From Gammaproteobacteria bacterium (GTDB lineage Bacteria > Pseudomonadota > Gammaproteobacteria > Eutrophobiales > Eutrophobiaceae): 64,000 nt of DNA. Both the position numbers and the translations under genes were made by a program. Below the pieces are notes generated by a model that worked only from the letters and a program-made list of their open reading frames with translations, did not search any database and was not told where the DNA came from. This document shows, piece after piece, positions 36,625 to 46,933 of this stretch; position 1 is the stretch's first letter; the number at the start of each line of letters is the position of its first letter. The stretch is from positions 65,021 to 129,020 of the forward strand of contig CBDCTH010000010.1 in the NCBI GenBank assembly GCA_965222155.1. The letters are read 5' to 3'.

Positions 36625-39600
36625 TCATCTGCGCTCATCCGCAAAATCTGCGGAGCTACGTAACCAATCTCTGAACTGGAGCGTGAGTGACAGTAGCGTC
36701 GGCATGAAGGTCAGCGTGATCACCGTTGAGAACAGCAGGCCGAACATCACGATTGCCCCCAGACCACGGTATAACTCCGTGCCCGCCCCCGGATTGAACA
36801 CCAGGGGCGACAGGCCGAATATGGTAGTGATAGTGGAAATCATAATCGGCCTGATGCGGGCGCGGGTGCTCTCCAACACTGCGTCAACCGATTGCATTCC
36901 CCTGGTCTTGATGTTGCGGATAGTACGATCGATGATGAGGATGGGATTATTCACCACCGTACCAATCAGGATCAGGAAGCCCAGCATGGTGATGACGTCA
37001 AAGGGCTGGTGTATATTTGCCAGTCCCAGCAGTGACATGTTCCCGCCTATCGCGTTCAGCAGCCATAGCCCGAACAGCCCCCCGCCTATACCGACGGGGA
37101 CGGTAGTCATCACCAGCAGCGGATATCCCCAATGCGAGAAGATGGCAACCAGCAACAAATAAGCAATGAACACCGCAATGATAAAGTTTCCCATCAAGGC
37201 ATTCCGGGTCGCCTCAAGCTGATCGCTGGCTCCGGTGATGCCCATGCTGATGTCATCCCCTATTTCCCCCGCTTCCCTTAATTCCTCGATAATGTTTTGA
37301 CGAACCATATCAACACCTTGCTCCAGCGGAATAGTGCGCGGCGGAATAATACCCAGAGTAATGGTCCTTTCACCGTCCACCCGGCGAATGGTCTCGGTGT
37401 TTACGGTGTGCCGGACCTCGGCCACCGCGTTCAGCGGCACCATGCCGCCCTGAGGTGAATACAACATGATGTCGTCCACGTCGCTCGGTTGCCGGATGGT
37501 GCCGTGAGTGGAATACAGGAACATGTCGATCTTCTCATCACCCAGGAAGAACTCATCTACAAACGCGCCGTCCGAGAAGGCCCAGATTGTGTAACCCAGG
37601 TCACCAGCATCAATACCCAGTTCGCTGGCCCGTTCCCAGTCAGGGCGAATTTCCACCAGGGGTTGCCCCATGGACAGGCTTGAGGGCTGCGGGCGGATTT
37701 GCGGATTCTCAAACACGGATTGGGCTTTGACAAAGGCCTTCTGACCGGCGTCAAACAGGGCTACCAGGTCGGTACCGCTCAACTCCAGGTTGATACTCCT
37801 GGAACCGCCCATGTTGCTGGAAAAAATAGACCCCCGGGAAGCAAACGCATGAATCCCCGGTATCTCCCGAATCTTCTCCACCACAATCTCAAGCAGGTCG
37901 TTGACTTGCCCCGGTGAGGTAGCCTCCGGAATAACCATGTTGCGTGCGGCACCGATATATCCGACCACGTAATTCAGGCCCGGCAGGTCGGATTCGCCCC
38001 TGGCGTATCTGTCCGGGTCTTCACCGATATGCGGCACGAGGAACCCATCCAGGTCCTTGTAGATTGCATGCATCTCATCAATGTTATAACCGGGCGGAGC
38101 AAACATCTGGATGAATATCTTCTGTTCTTCCCCTTCCGGCAGGTATTCCGCCTTGGGGATGGAGGCAAAGATAAGTAGCGTAATAGCGCCCACCACAGCC
38201 ACCAGGCCCAACCGGCGCGACACTCCCCCCATCAACCAATGCACGAAGCGGATAAGCAACTCACCGAACCGCTGTCCGGCAATATACAGGCCAAAACGAC
38301 CGGACGGATTATACCGTTCCAGTGTGAGAAACCGGCTGCACAGGGTCGGTACCACCAGGGTGGAGACCAGCAGGGACATGATGATGGAGGCGGAGATGGC
38401 GACGGCAATATCGGAATATAACTGGCCGGCCTCCTCCTTGATGAAGATGATTGGTATAAATACAAACACCGTCGTCAGGGTAGACGCCAGCAGGGCCGGC
38501 CACACCTCCGCGACACCGTCCAGCGCGGCGCGTCGGCGTTGCTTGCCTGTCGACATGTGTCGGTAGATGTTCTCCAGGACGACAATACTGTTATCCAGGG
38601 TCATACCGATGGCAAACGCGACGCCGGCAAGCGAGATCACATTGATGGTTCGTCCGCTGATAAGCAACCCCAGGAACGCGGCCAGCGTGCAGATGGGGAT
38701 GCCCATGGCGCCGATGAAGGTGGCCGATGGGGTTCTCAGGAAAAGAAACAAGACCATGATGACCAATAAAGCGCCGATAAGCAGGTTTTTACGCACGTTC
38801 AGTACGGAATCAGAGACATATCTCACGTCATCGGAGTTGAGTATCATGTGCAACCCCTGCTGTTTCAACAGGCCGTTGTTCAGTTTCTCCACCTTTTTCA
38901 TGACGTTGTCCTTCACTTCGACCACGTTGGAACCGATTTGCCGGCGTACTCCGAGGCTGATGTTCGGAATACCTCGCCCATAGGAGTAGGACTCGATTTC
39001 AAAGGTGGACAGTTCAGCGTAACCCAGGTCGCGCAAGCGGACAAACGCGCCGCCACGCTGGGTGATAACCATATTTTCTATCTCTGCCGTGGTTTCAAAA
39101 CGCCCTACCGTCCTGATCAGGTAACGGCGTTTACCGCTGTCCAGGTCACCGCCGGATACGTCCCGGTTACGCGCGCGGATAGCACTGCGTAACTCAGACA
39201 GCGTAATCTGACGTTCGGCCAGCTTGACCGGGTCCACGTAGATCTTGATCTGTCGCTCCGCTCCTCCCCACATGATCACCTCCGAGACGCCCGGGACCCG
39301 TTCAATCTGTACACGTACATGGTCTTCGAGAAAATCACGCTTATCCACCATGTTGACGTTCTGTGGATTGCCCGGCAGGGGCCGGGTGAGAAAAAACAGA
39401 AACGGGTTATTGGAGACGGTACTGGTGACAAGCCGCGGTTCATCGACGTTTTCCGGGTAGCCCGGAACCTGGGTCAACGCGTTGTTCACCCGGATCAGGA
39501 CTTCGTTGATATCGGCTCCATAGGTAAATTCCAGTTCAATATCCCCGCGTCCGGTGACGGCCCTGGAAATCATGCGCTCCAGGCCGGGGATGCGACGCAG

Positions 39601-39804
39601 GTATTCCTCCTGCTCGATGATAATCTCCTTTTCCACGTCCTGGGGTGTCGCTCCCGGCCATTTCGTAATAACGGTGACTACTCTGACATCAAGATCTGGG
39701 ATCATCTGGATGGGCACGCGATAAATGGCCAGGATACCGAACAGGCAGATGATCAATACCGCTACCGCGATAATCAGGGGTTTCTCGAGAGCAAACCTAA
39801 ACAT
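36625..39804 (-). CDS. RND efflux transporter permease (AcrB/AcrD/AcrF family)
   Basis: WPGATPQDVE, GMTLDNSIVVLENI, GTVVNNPIL, RIRPI; two large periplasmic domains. Confidence 0.95.
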   Translation of the reverse strand: MFRFALEKPLIIAVAVLIICLFGILAIYRVPIQMIPDLDVRVVTVITKWPGATPQDVEKEIIIEQEEYLRRIPGLERMISRAVTGRGDIELEFTYGADINEVLIRVNNALTQVPGYPENVDEPRLVTSTVSNNPFLFFLTRPLPGNPQNVNMVDKRDFLEDHVRVQIERVPGVSEVIMWGGAERQIKIYVDPVKLAERQITLSELRSAIRARNRDVSGGDLDSGKRRYLIRTVGRFETTAEIENMVITQRGGAFVRLRDLGYAELSTFEIESYSYGRGIPNISLGVRRQIGSNVVEVKDNVMKKVEKLNNGLLKQQGLHMILNSDDVRYVSDSVLNVRKNLLIGALLVIMVLFLFLRTPSATFIGAMGIPICTLAAFLGLLISGRTINVISLAGVAFAIGMTLDNSIVVLENIYRHMSTGKQRRRAALDGVAEVWPALLASTLTTVFVFIPIIFIKEEAGQLYSDIAVAISASIIMSLLVSTLVVPTLCSRFLTLERYNPSGRFGLYIAGQRFGELLIRFVHWLMGGVSRRLGLVAVVGAITLLIFASIPKAEYLPEGEEQKIFIQMFAPPGYNIDEMHAIYKDLDGFLVPHIGEDPDRYARGESDLPGLNYVVGYIGAARNMVIPEATSPGQVNDLLEIVVEKIREIPGIHAFASRGSIFSSNMGGSRSINLELSGTDLVALFDAGQKAFVKAQSVFENPQIRPQPSSLSMGQPLVEIRPDWERASELGIDAGDLGYTIWAFSDGAFVDEFFLGDEKIDMFLYSTHGTIRQPSDVDDIMLYSPQGGMVPLNAVAEVRHTVNTETIRRVDGERTITLGIIPPRTIPLEQGVDMVRQNIIEELREAGEIGDDISMGITGASDQLEATRNALMGNFIIAVFIAYLLLVAIFSHWGYPLLVMTTVPVGIGGGLFGLWLLNAIGGNMSLLGLANIHQPFDVITMLGFLILIGTVVNNPILIIDRTIRNIKTRGMQSVDAVLESTRARIRPIMISTITTIFGLSPLVFNPGAGTELYRGLGAIVMFGLLFSTVITLTFMPTLLSLTLQFRDWLRSSADFADERR

Positions 39805-39816
39805 GATATTAAATTT

Positions 39817-39981
39817 TTATCCGCAGATTACACAGATTACCGCAGATGAATATAAAGTTTCAGCGTGGACCGTGGTTTCAATCTGAAATTTCCTGTAGAC
39901 CATGTTTAACAAACTACATTTTTATCTGCGTTCATCCATGCCCCTGTATGTATTAAGCAGGGGTGCGTAATCTGCGGATAA
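39817..39981. repeat. ATCTGCG-type inverted repeat element with a nested mini-hairpin
   Basis: 15-bp perfect inverted ends TTATCCGCAGATTAC / GTAATCTGCGGATAA. Confidence 0.8.
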
Positions 39982-39992
39982 ATTACTCGTAG

Positions 39993-41138
39993 TCACAAGT
40001 TCATCCGGAGTTCTTCCTTGATTTCCACCCGTTGACCCGGACGCAGTATTTCATTGCCGCGTACCACCACCCGGTCACCTGCCTGTACCTCACCCGCAGT
40101 GATTTCAATATTCTCCCGGTAGCTGCGGCCCGTACGGACCTGTACCTGTCTGGCTATTAATCCCCCCCCTTCCGGTTGTAACACCCAGATGGATTCGCTG
40201 CCGTCCGGTTTCCTGACAACGGCATCCTGCGGCACGAGTAGCGACAGTTCGGAAGCGGCGTCATTAAGTTGAAATATCACGCGTGCCGACATGCCCGGAG
40301 CGAGCAGGCGCTCACTGTTGTCCAGGTCTATTTTCACCGGAAAGGTCCTGGTCGAAACATTGCTCATGGGGACTTTCATGGTCACCTCGGCAAGGAAGTC
40401 CCTGCCCGGATAGGCATCAAAAGTAAGCCTGACCGGGGTGCCCAACTGCAGGTCATTAAAATAAAACTGGGGAACCGGCACATTCACCCGCAACGACTTG
40501 ATCTCCACCAGTTCAAACAACGGGGTATCAATACTGACCCATTCTCCTTTTTCGATCATTTTTTGCGTAATGACGCCGTCGAAAGGTGCTTTTATCACAT
40601 GACGACTGACAATCTCTTCCCGGCGATCCAGCTCTTTTTTCAGGCGCTCCAATACCGCCGTATCCATTTCGACCATTGCCAGGGCCGCATCATACCGGGT
40701 CGCCGGAATATGCTTCTTCGCAACCAGTTCCGCAACCTCATCCTTTTGTCGCACGGCCTCTTTCAGTCTTGCCTGGGCCTCTTTTACCTGTGCCCTTGCG
40801 GCAGCACTATCAATTCCAGCGAGCACCTTATCCAGTTCCAGCAAGTTGTCACCCTGTTTGACTTCATCACCTTCATCCACATGAAGTGTTGCAACCAGAC
40901 CGGCCACCTCAGGTGAAATCCTGGATAAACGTCTGGTGGTCACACTCCCGGTCAATGGCAGCTCTTCGAAGACCGGGGCTATAACGGTCTTCACAATCTT
41001 CACCGGTATAGCCCTTTCTGCCTGTGCATGGGCCAAGCCCGCCGCAAGCAACAACGGAAACAGACGAAACCAGGGGCTGCCATACCTTGTAGACAGGGTA
41101 GATGTTGCTCCCCCGCGTATGTGTCTTATTTTAGCCAA
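39993..41138 (-). CDS. RND periplasmic adaptor (membrane fusion protein)
   Basis: V.EGD.VKQG, IKAPFDG, TRTF.V, LAPGM, GD.VVV.G. Confidence 0.93.
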   Translation of the reverse strand: MAKIRHIRGGATSTLSTRYGSPWFRLFPLLLAAGLAHAQAERAIPVKIVKTVIAPVFEELPLTGSVTTRRLSRISPEVAGLVATLHVDEGDEVKQGDNLLELDKVLAGIDSAAARAQVKEAQARLKEAVRQKDEVAELVAKKHIPATRYDAALAMVEMDTAVLERLKKELDRREEIVSRHVIKAPFDGVITQKMIEKGEWVSIDTPLFELVEIKSLRVNVPVPQFYFNDLQLGTPVRLTFDAYPGRDFLAEVTMKVPMSNVSTRTFPVKIDLDNSERLLAPGMSARVIFQLNDAASELSLLVPQDAVVRKPDGSESIWVLQPEGGGLIARQVQVRTGRSYRENIEITAGEVQAGDRVVVRGNEILRPGQRVEIKEELRMNL

Positions 41139-41742
41139 GCAGCTTCGCCTCTTTCATCATCTCTACCAGTTTCCGCAGGGCCTGGCCCCGGTGACTGACA
41201 CTGTTTTTTACCTGCGTCGGCAATTCCGCCGAGGTACAGGCATGGGTGGGCACATAAAATACCGGATCATACCCAAAACCATTTCCCCCGGCAGGTTCAG
41301 CAACAATATGCCCCTCCCAATTCCCGTGCGCGATGATCGGTTCCGGGTCATCACCCTCACGCACAAACGCCATAATACACTGGAACCTTGCAACCGGATT
41401 CCGTATGCCCGCAGCAGCAATGTTATTCAGCAGTAATTGCAAGTTATCACTGTCCGAGGCATCTTCACCTGCATAGCGTGATGAGTAAACCCCCGGCTCA
41501 CCGTTCAATATATCCACCTCCAGACCGGAATCATCAGCTATCACCGAGCGCCCGGCAGCCGTCGCCGCGTGCCGGGCCTTAATGAGCGCGTTTTCAACGA
41601 AACTCGAACCGGTTTCCTCCACAGCGGATACCGAGAACCGGGATTGTGGTAGTACACTGACCTGGTAAGCGGAAAATAACTGCGACAACTCACGCAGTTT
41701 ACCCGGATTGCCGCTGGCCACCACAATTTCTCTGTTACTCAT
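41131..41742 (-). CDS. rdgB: dITP/XTP pyrophosphatase
   Basis: [39 protein letters not shown]. Confidence 0.96.
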   Translation of the reverse strand: MSNREIVVASGNPGKLRELSQLFSAYQVSVLPQSRFSVSAVEETGSSFVENALIKARHAATAAGRSVIADDSGLEVDILNGEPGVYSSRYAGEDASDSDNLQLLLNNIAAAGIRNPVARFQCIMAFVREGDDPEPIIAHGNWEGHIVAEPAGGNGFGYDPVFYVPTHACTSAELPTQVKNSVSHRGQALRKLVEMMKEAKLLG

Positions 41743-42461
41743 TGGCCGGCGCCCAGGGTCATCGATTGAATGGCAAACAACTGCTCAATACCCGTCTTTG
41801 CCAGGTTAAGTAACTGCTCCAACTCTGCAAAAGTGAACGGATGGCCCTCCGCAGTGCCCTGGATTTCAATCAATTCACCCCGGTCATTCATCACCACGTT
41901 CATGTCTGTCTCGGCGCCGGAGTCCTCGGCATAATCCAGGTCCAGTACCGGGACGCCGGTGCAGATACCGACCGAAACGGATGCGACCGCGCCAATGATC
42001 GGATTTGTCTGGATGGCCCCCTCTTCCAGTACCCTGTGAATGGCGTCCACCAGCGCCACGTAAGCACCGGTAATCGAGGCAGTGCGAGTGCCGCCATCGG
42101 CCTGAATAACGTCACAATCGACGATAATGGTATTCTCACCCAGGGCATTTAAATCCACTACGGCCCGCAGGGAGCGCCCGATCAACCTCTGGATCTCATG
42201 AGTACGCCCGCTTTGTTTGTTCTGGCCGGCCTCACGACGCATACGTTTATCCGTGGATCGGGGCAACATACCATACTCAGCGGTCACCCAGCCTTTACCC
42301 CCACCCTTCAAAAAACGCGGTACCGAATCATCAAAAGTGGCATTGCAAATAACCCGGGTCTGGCCGAATTCAACCAGCACCGATCCCTCAGCATGATGCG
42401 TGTATGCCCTGGTCAGTCTTACTTCCCTCATTTCATCGCGGGCGCGTCCACTCGGGCGCAT
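41739..42461 (-). CDS. rph: Ribonuclease PH
   Basis: [41 protein letters not shown]. Confidence 0.97.
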   Translation of the reverse strand: MRPSGRARDEMREVRLTRAYTHHAEGSVLVEFGQTRVICNATFDDSVPRFLKGGGKGWVTAEYGMLPRSTDKRMRREAGQNKQSGRTHEIQRLIGRSLRAVVDLNALGENTIIVDCDVIQADGGTRTASITGAYVALVDAIHRVLEEGAIQTNPIIGAVASVSVGICTGVPVLDLDYAEDSGAETDMNVVMNDRGELIEIQGTAEGHPFTFAELEQLLNLAKTGIEQLFAIQSMTLGAGQ

Positions 42462-42864
42462 GGCTATTCTCCTCATAGATAGGCGGATGGCCTGAAAATA
42501 CAGGCTGTTGTCATTATAACCGGTCAGCCACTAGAACAGAAAAACAGAGACCAAGCTCTCTTTCAGCCCCATCGGCAGAAGCTACAAAATCTTTTGATGG
42601 AATAGGCTTGGACACTACGATTGACTATTATAAGCAACTCGCTCAGACTTCTTGATGTGCCTTAAATCTTTTTATAATAATCGGGTGGAATAGCACATTT
42701 AGCTTGGACAAGGTATAGAAGCACCCCATGATGAGAAGTTTAACTATCTAGCTGCTGGACTGGCTTGATTACTTTACACGGGGGGGCTGGTGAATAAAGA
42801 GAACTTCTTTCGGCAAGAAAGATTAGCGCAATATCATGAAGTTGCGGGTGGTGGAGATAAGTAA

Positions 42865-45549
42865 ATGAACGAGCAAAAATCACCTATATACCAGGGGGCC
42901 CGATTTTACAAATGTGCCTTACAAGTAAATCCTTATAGCTATAATCAATACGGGGGGGAACAAGCTCATGATGAGACAAGCTACAACCAGAAAGTCTTGC
43001 AGCAGTGCCATGATAACGAGATAGAAGTCGTAGGGCTTGCCGATCATGGCAGAGTTGAGGATTCAGAAGGGTTACGGAATTTTCTGACAACAAATGGAAT
43101 CGTCGTATTTCCAGGCTTCGAGATTGCCAGCTCTGAAAAAATTCACATGGTATGTCTCTATCCTGAGAATAACTCCTTGGCAACACTAAATCAGCATCTT
43201 GGACAGTTGATGGGAGGAAATAGCGCCCAACTTGGTCAAGAGCCAACCCATCCATCCTCATTAAGTTGCGAGCAAATCGCAGGCAAAGTGATAAATGATC
43301 AAGAAGGTTTTTGGTACGCTGCACATATGACCGGAAAAAATGGCCTGCTAAAGCTGGATGGCAGTGGAGGAAACTATGTTCAACTATGGAAAAAAGAGGC
43401 GTTAGTCATGGCCGGGCAGATTCCCGGCAGGATAGAAGATTTGCAGATAGAGCAAACGGAATTAGGAAAATACCGGCAAATTATCGAAAATAAAAATCCA
43501 CATTATCAACGAGAAAAACCAATTGCGATTATTAATGCAAAAGATATCAAGGAACCAGATGATCTAAAACACAAATCTGCCTCCTGTCTAATCAAAATGA
43601 CAGATGCCAATTTTGAAGCATTTATACAAGCTTTTTTAGACCCTGAATCCAGAATTCGTCTCAATCATGATATGCCGGAACAGCCTTATTCCATAATTAA
43701 ATCCATTCAATGGCGCGGCGCCGGTTTTTTCAGGGAAAATAATCTGACTTTCTCCCAGAATTTGAATGTGATGATCGGCGGTCGAGGCTCCGGAAAATCC
43801 ACCTTGATTGAGAGCATCAGATTCGTTTTAGATGCGCCAATTCGAGGAGATGATGGGAAAGATAGTTTACGTAAAACCACATTGCAAGATTCTCAAGTTA
43901 TTTTGCAAGTACGCTCAAAAACCCAAAATGGAAACACCTATAGCATCAGTAGGCGATATGGCGAGCAACCGGTGGTGAAAAATGATCAGGACGAGATATC
44001 GTATCTACGACCTGATGAAATCTTACCAAATATTGAAATACTGGGACAGAATGAAATACTTGAAATAGAGAAAGATGAAAAGGCCAAGCTTGCTCTAACA
44101 AGCCGCTTTCTATCCGATGGCAAGCAATTTGAACAACATATGGTTGAAACTAAAAACAAACTGAAAAAAAATCGGGAACGGCTTCTGGACGCTTCTGCCG
44201 AATATGAAGCCCTCGATGTAGAAGTCGCAAAAGAATCAAAACTTAAAGAACAGGTCAGTCAATTCAGGAAACTCGGGATAGAAGCAAAACTAAAAAATGC
44301 ACGATTAATCGAACGTGAAAGGGGTATTCAAAAAAATATTGAGGAACAACTGGAGATCGTTGACAACTGGCTAAAAAGCTATCATGAGGTTTTCGATCTT
44401 TCATTCCTCCAACACGAGAACACAAAAACTCTACCCAATGGGGATATCATTGAAGCAGCGGGAAAAATTCTTGAGAGTCTGAAAAATAATATTGATGAAT
44501 TGGTTCGACAGACAAATGAACCTGTAGAAAAAGCCAAGTCAGAATACCAGAGTGTGCGATTGGAGTGGGACAAAGGACGAAGTAGAGTTCGTGATGAATT
44601 AAACAATGCTATTGCTCAGCTACCGGAACAAGCTGGAAAAAGCGGTAGCCAATTAGGTTCAGAGTACACGACCATCATTGTACAACTGACAAAAATTGAA
44701 GGATTCAAAAAGGCCCATGAGAATCAGGGGAAAATAGTTCGCACACTCAGAACAGAGCGTGACAATTTACTGGAAAACTATCGAAGTCTGGCATTTTCCC
44801 GATACTCTGCCATGGAAAAATCTACTAAAAAAGCTAACAAGCAGCTTGAGGGAAAAGTAAGAATTGCTATAAAGCGGAAAGGTAATCTTGAACATCTGAA
44901 AGATTTTTTACTCAGTCTAGATGGAATTGGTAAAGCTAAAATTGAGTGGCTGGATCAAACGCAAGACAATCTGGACCCAACTCAATGGGCCAAGTGGGTT
45001 GAAGAAAGTAATCCAAATGCTTTTCTGGAAGCATTCTCACCAGTTGGATTAACTAAAGGTGTTGCGGAAAGATTATGTAAACTTGATATTAAACAACGTT
45101 TACAATTAGAAGAGATTGAACTGATGGATACCGTGGAAATTGAACTAAACGCCGCACATGATGATGCAGAGGAGCATTTTGTGCCATTAAATTTGCTTTC
45201 CATTGGACAAAAGTGTACCGCAATTTTGAACTTATTATTGTTGAGTCGGGATGATCCATTGATCATTGACCAGCCTGAAGATAATTTGGATAACGCCTTT
45301 ATCGCAAACCGTATAGTGAAAGATTTGAGGCAGTTCAAGACGAACAGGCAATTCCTGTTTGCCACCCACAATCCCAATATTCCGGTATTTGGCGACGCTG
45401 AGTTGATTGCAGTACTTGAAAGTAGCAAAGATTTCGGTCGTATTGGCGAAGGTTCCATCGATAAAAAACCAGTACGAGAAAAGGCCGCTGAGATACTTGA
45501 GGGCGGTAAAGCTGCATTTGAAATGCGCAAAAGAAAATACGGATTTTAG
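42865..45549 (+). CDS. PHP-domain + coiled-coil ABC/SMC-type ATPase (TrlF/Ppl-like)
   Basis: CALQVNP, ADH, GFE, H, AH; Walker A GGRGSGKS; signature LSIGQ; DQPEDNLDN; ATHN; LEGG..AF..R. Confidence 0.85.
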   Translation: MNEQKSPIYQGARFYKCALQVNPYSYNQYGGEQAHDETSYNQKVLQQCHDNEIEVVGLADHGRVEDSEGLRNFLTTNGIVVFPGFEIASSEKIHMVCLYPENNSLATLNQHLGQLMGGNSAQLGQEPTHPSSLSCEQIAGKVINDQEGFWYAAHMTGKNGLLKLDGSGGNYVQLWKKEALVMAGQIPGRIEDLQIEQTELGKYRQIIENKNPHYQREKPIAIINAKDIKEPDDLKHKSASCLIKMTDANFEAFIQAFLDPESRIRLNHDMPEQPYSIIKSIQWRGAGFFRENNLTFSQNLNVMIGGRGSGKSTLIESIRFVLDAPIRGDDGKDSLRKTTLQDSQVILQVRSKTQNGNTYSISRRYGEQPVVKNDQDEISYLRPDEILPNIEILGQNEILEIEKDEKAKLALTSRFLSDGKQFEQHMVETKNKLKKNRERLLDASAEYEALDVEVAKESKLKEQVSQFRKLGIEAKLKNARLIERERGIQKNIEEQLEIVDNWLKSYHEVFDLSFLQHENTKTLPNGDIIEAAGKILESLKNNIDELVRQTNEPVEKAKSEYQSVRLEWDKGRSRVRDELNNAIAQLPEQAGKSGSQLGSEYTTIIVQLTKIEGFKKAHENQGKIVRTLRTERDNLLENYRSLAFSRYSAMEKSTKKANKQLEGKVRIAIKRKGNLEHLKDFLLSLDGIGKAKIEWLDQTQDNLDPTQWAKWVEESNPNAFLEAFSPVGLTKGVAERLCKLDIKQRLQLEEIELMDTVEIELNAAHDDAEEHFVPLNLLSIGQKCTAILNLLLLSRDDPLIIDQPEDNLDNAFIANRIVKDLRQFKTNRQFLFATHNPNIPVFGDAELIAVLESSKDFGRIGEGSIDKKPVREKAAEILEGGKAAFEMRKRKYGF

Positions 45550-45565
45550 GTTAAGAGATTGACCA

Positions 45566-46795
45566 ATGCTACCAAGTGAATTACTCGCCCTAATCAGCCA
45601 GGATGAAGGCGCAAAGCTGGATTTCAAACGAGATGGTATGCGTCCTGAAAAGATGGCAAAGGAAATTGTCGCCTTTGCCAATATGAATGGCGGCATCATA
45701 TTGGTTGGCGTAGACGAGAATGATAAAAATATCAGCGGGGTTCAGAGAAAAAATTTTCAGGAATGGTTAATGGACACGGTGATTGGCAGGCATGTCCATC
45801 CATTTATATTACCGGATTATGAAGAAATAACTACTGATGAAGGGAGGGTGGCTGTTGTTGAAATCCCCCAGGGCAATAGTAAACCCTATATTCTTCGACA
45901 CAATAACCGTGAAGATGTTTATGTGCGATATGGCGACACCTGTCAGTTGGCAACACGCGAACAGAGTGCCCGATTGTTCGAAAGCGGTGGTTTGATTTCA
46001 ATTGAAAAGATGCCGGTTCATGGTAGCAGGCTACAAGACCTGGATAAAAGGCGTCTGCAAAACTATTTTGTTGAAATCAGTCAAATAATAGACCTTGGTG
46101 AATGGCAAAGTTTCAGTAATGGAGATATTACTGAATGGTTGATCAACCGTGATCTCATGTGTGATGTGGATGACGACTGTGTTTGTACAATTGGGGGACT
46201 GGCATTATTTGGTATAAAACCCAATTTAAGACTGTCTCAATCAGCAATTCGACTCACGGTGTTTCCTGGTCTTGACAAGGATTACAACACTGATCTGGAC
46301 ATTGTAATCAGTTCACCTTTTGTGGCTCTGGGCCGGCCTGACGATACCTATTATGAGCCACCTGTTACTGAGCGTGTTTTATCTGCTTTACAACCTCATA
46401 TCAGTAAAGAGAAGTTGGACAGGACGACGAGAAGAATATATTGGGACTATCCGGAAGACGTCATACGTGAGGTGATAGTCAATGCTTTTGCCCATCGGGA
46501 TTGGACCAGAAACACGGATATCGAAATCAGTGCTTACACTGATCGTATGGAAATAATAAGCCCTGGCGCATTGGTCAATGGTATGACAGTAGATAAATTA
46601 AAAGCGGGACAACGCACTCCTAGAAATAATAATATCTTTAGTGTCCTTCGTGATTGTGGCCTGATGGAACACCAAGGCATGGGTATTCGTCGCAAAGTCA
46701 TTCCATTGATGAAAAAATATAACGACACAGAGCCTGTTTTTGAAGCAACTGAAGACTATTTCAAAGTGACGTTATTGAAAAAATTACCAAACTGA
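45566..46795 (+). CDS. Schlafen/AlbA_2 domain + HATPase-like domain protein
   Basis: EGAKLDFK, IVAFAN.NGG..LVGVD; REVIVNAFAHRD, SPG, RN. Confidence 0.85.
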   Translation: MLPSELLALISQDEGAKLDFKRDGMRPEKMAKEIVAFANMNGGIILVGVDENDKNISGVQRKNFQEWLMDTVIGRHVHPFILPDYEEITTDEGRVAVVEIPQGNSKPYILRHNNREDVYVRYGDTCQLATREQSARLFESGGLISIEKMPVHGSRLQDLDKRRLQNYFVEISQIIDLGEWQSFSNGDITEWLINRDLMCDVDDDCVCTIGGLALFGIKPNLRLSQSAIRLTVFPGLDKDYNTDLDIVISSPFVALGRPDDTYYEPPVTERVLSALQPHISKEKLDRTTRRIYWDYPEDVIREVIVNAFAHRDWTRNTDIEISAYTDRMEIISPGALVNGMTVDKLKAGQRTPRNNNIFSVLRDCGLMEHQGMGIRRKVIPLMKKYNDTEPVFEATEDYFKVTLLKKLPN

Positions 46796-46933
46796 CCGTC
46801 ATTAGTCCAGACTTGGATATACGACTCCGAATTACACCAAATTTAAGTATATAATTAACCGAATAATATACGGTTAGATAAACTTTCATCGAGGTTGCTT
46901 TAATTCAGGGATAACAACTGATGGAGAATTAGA

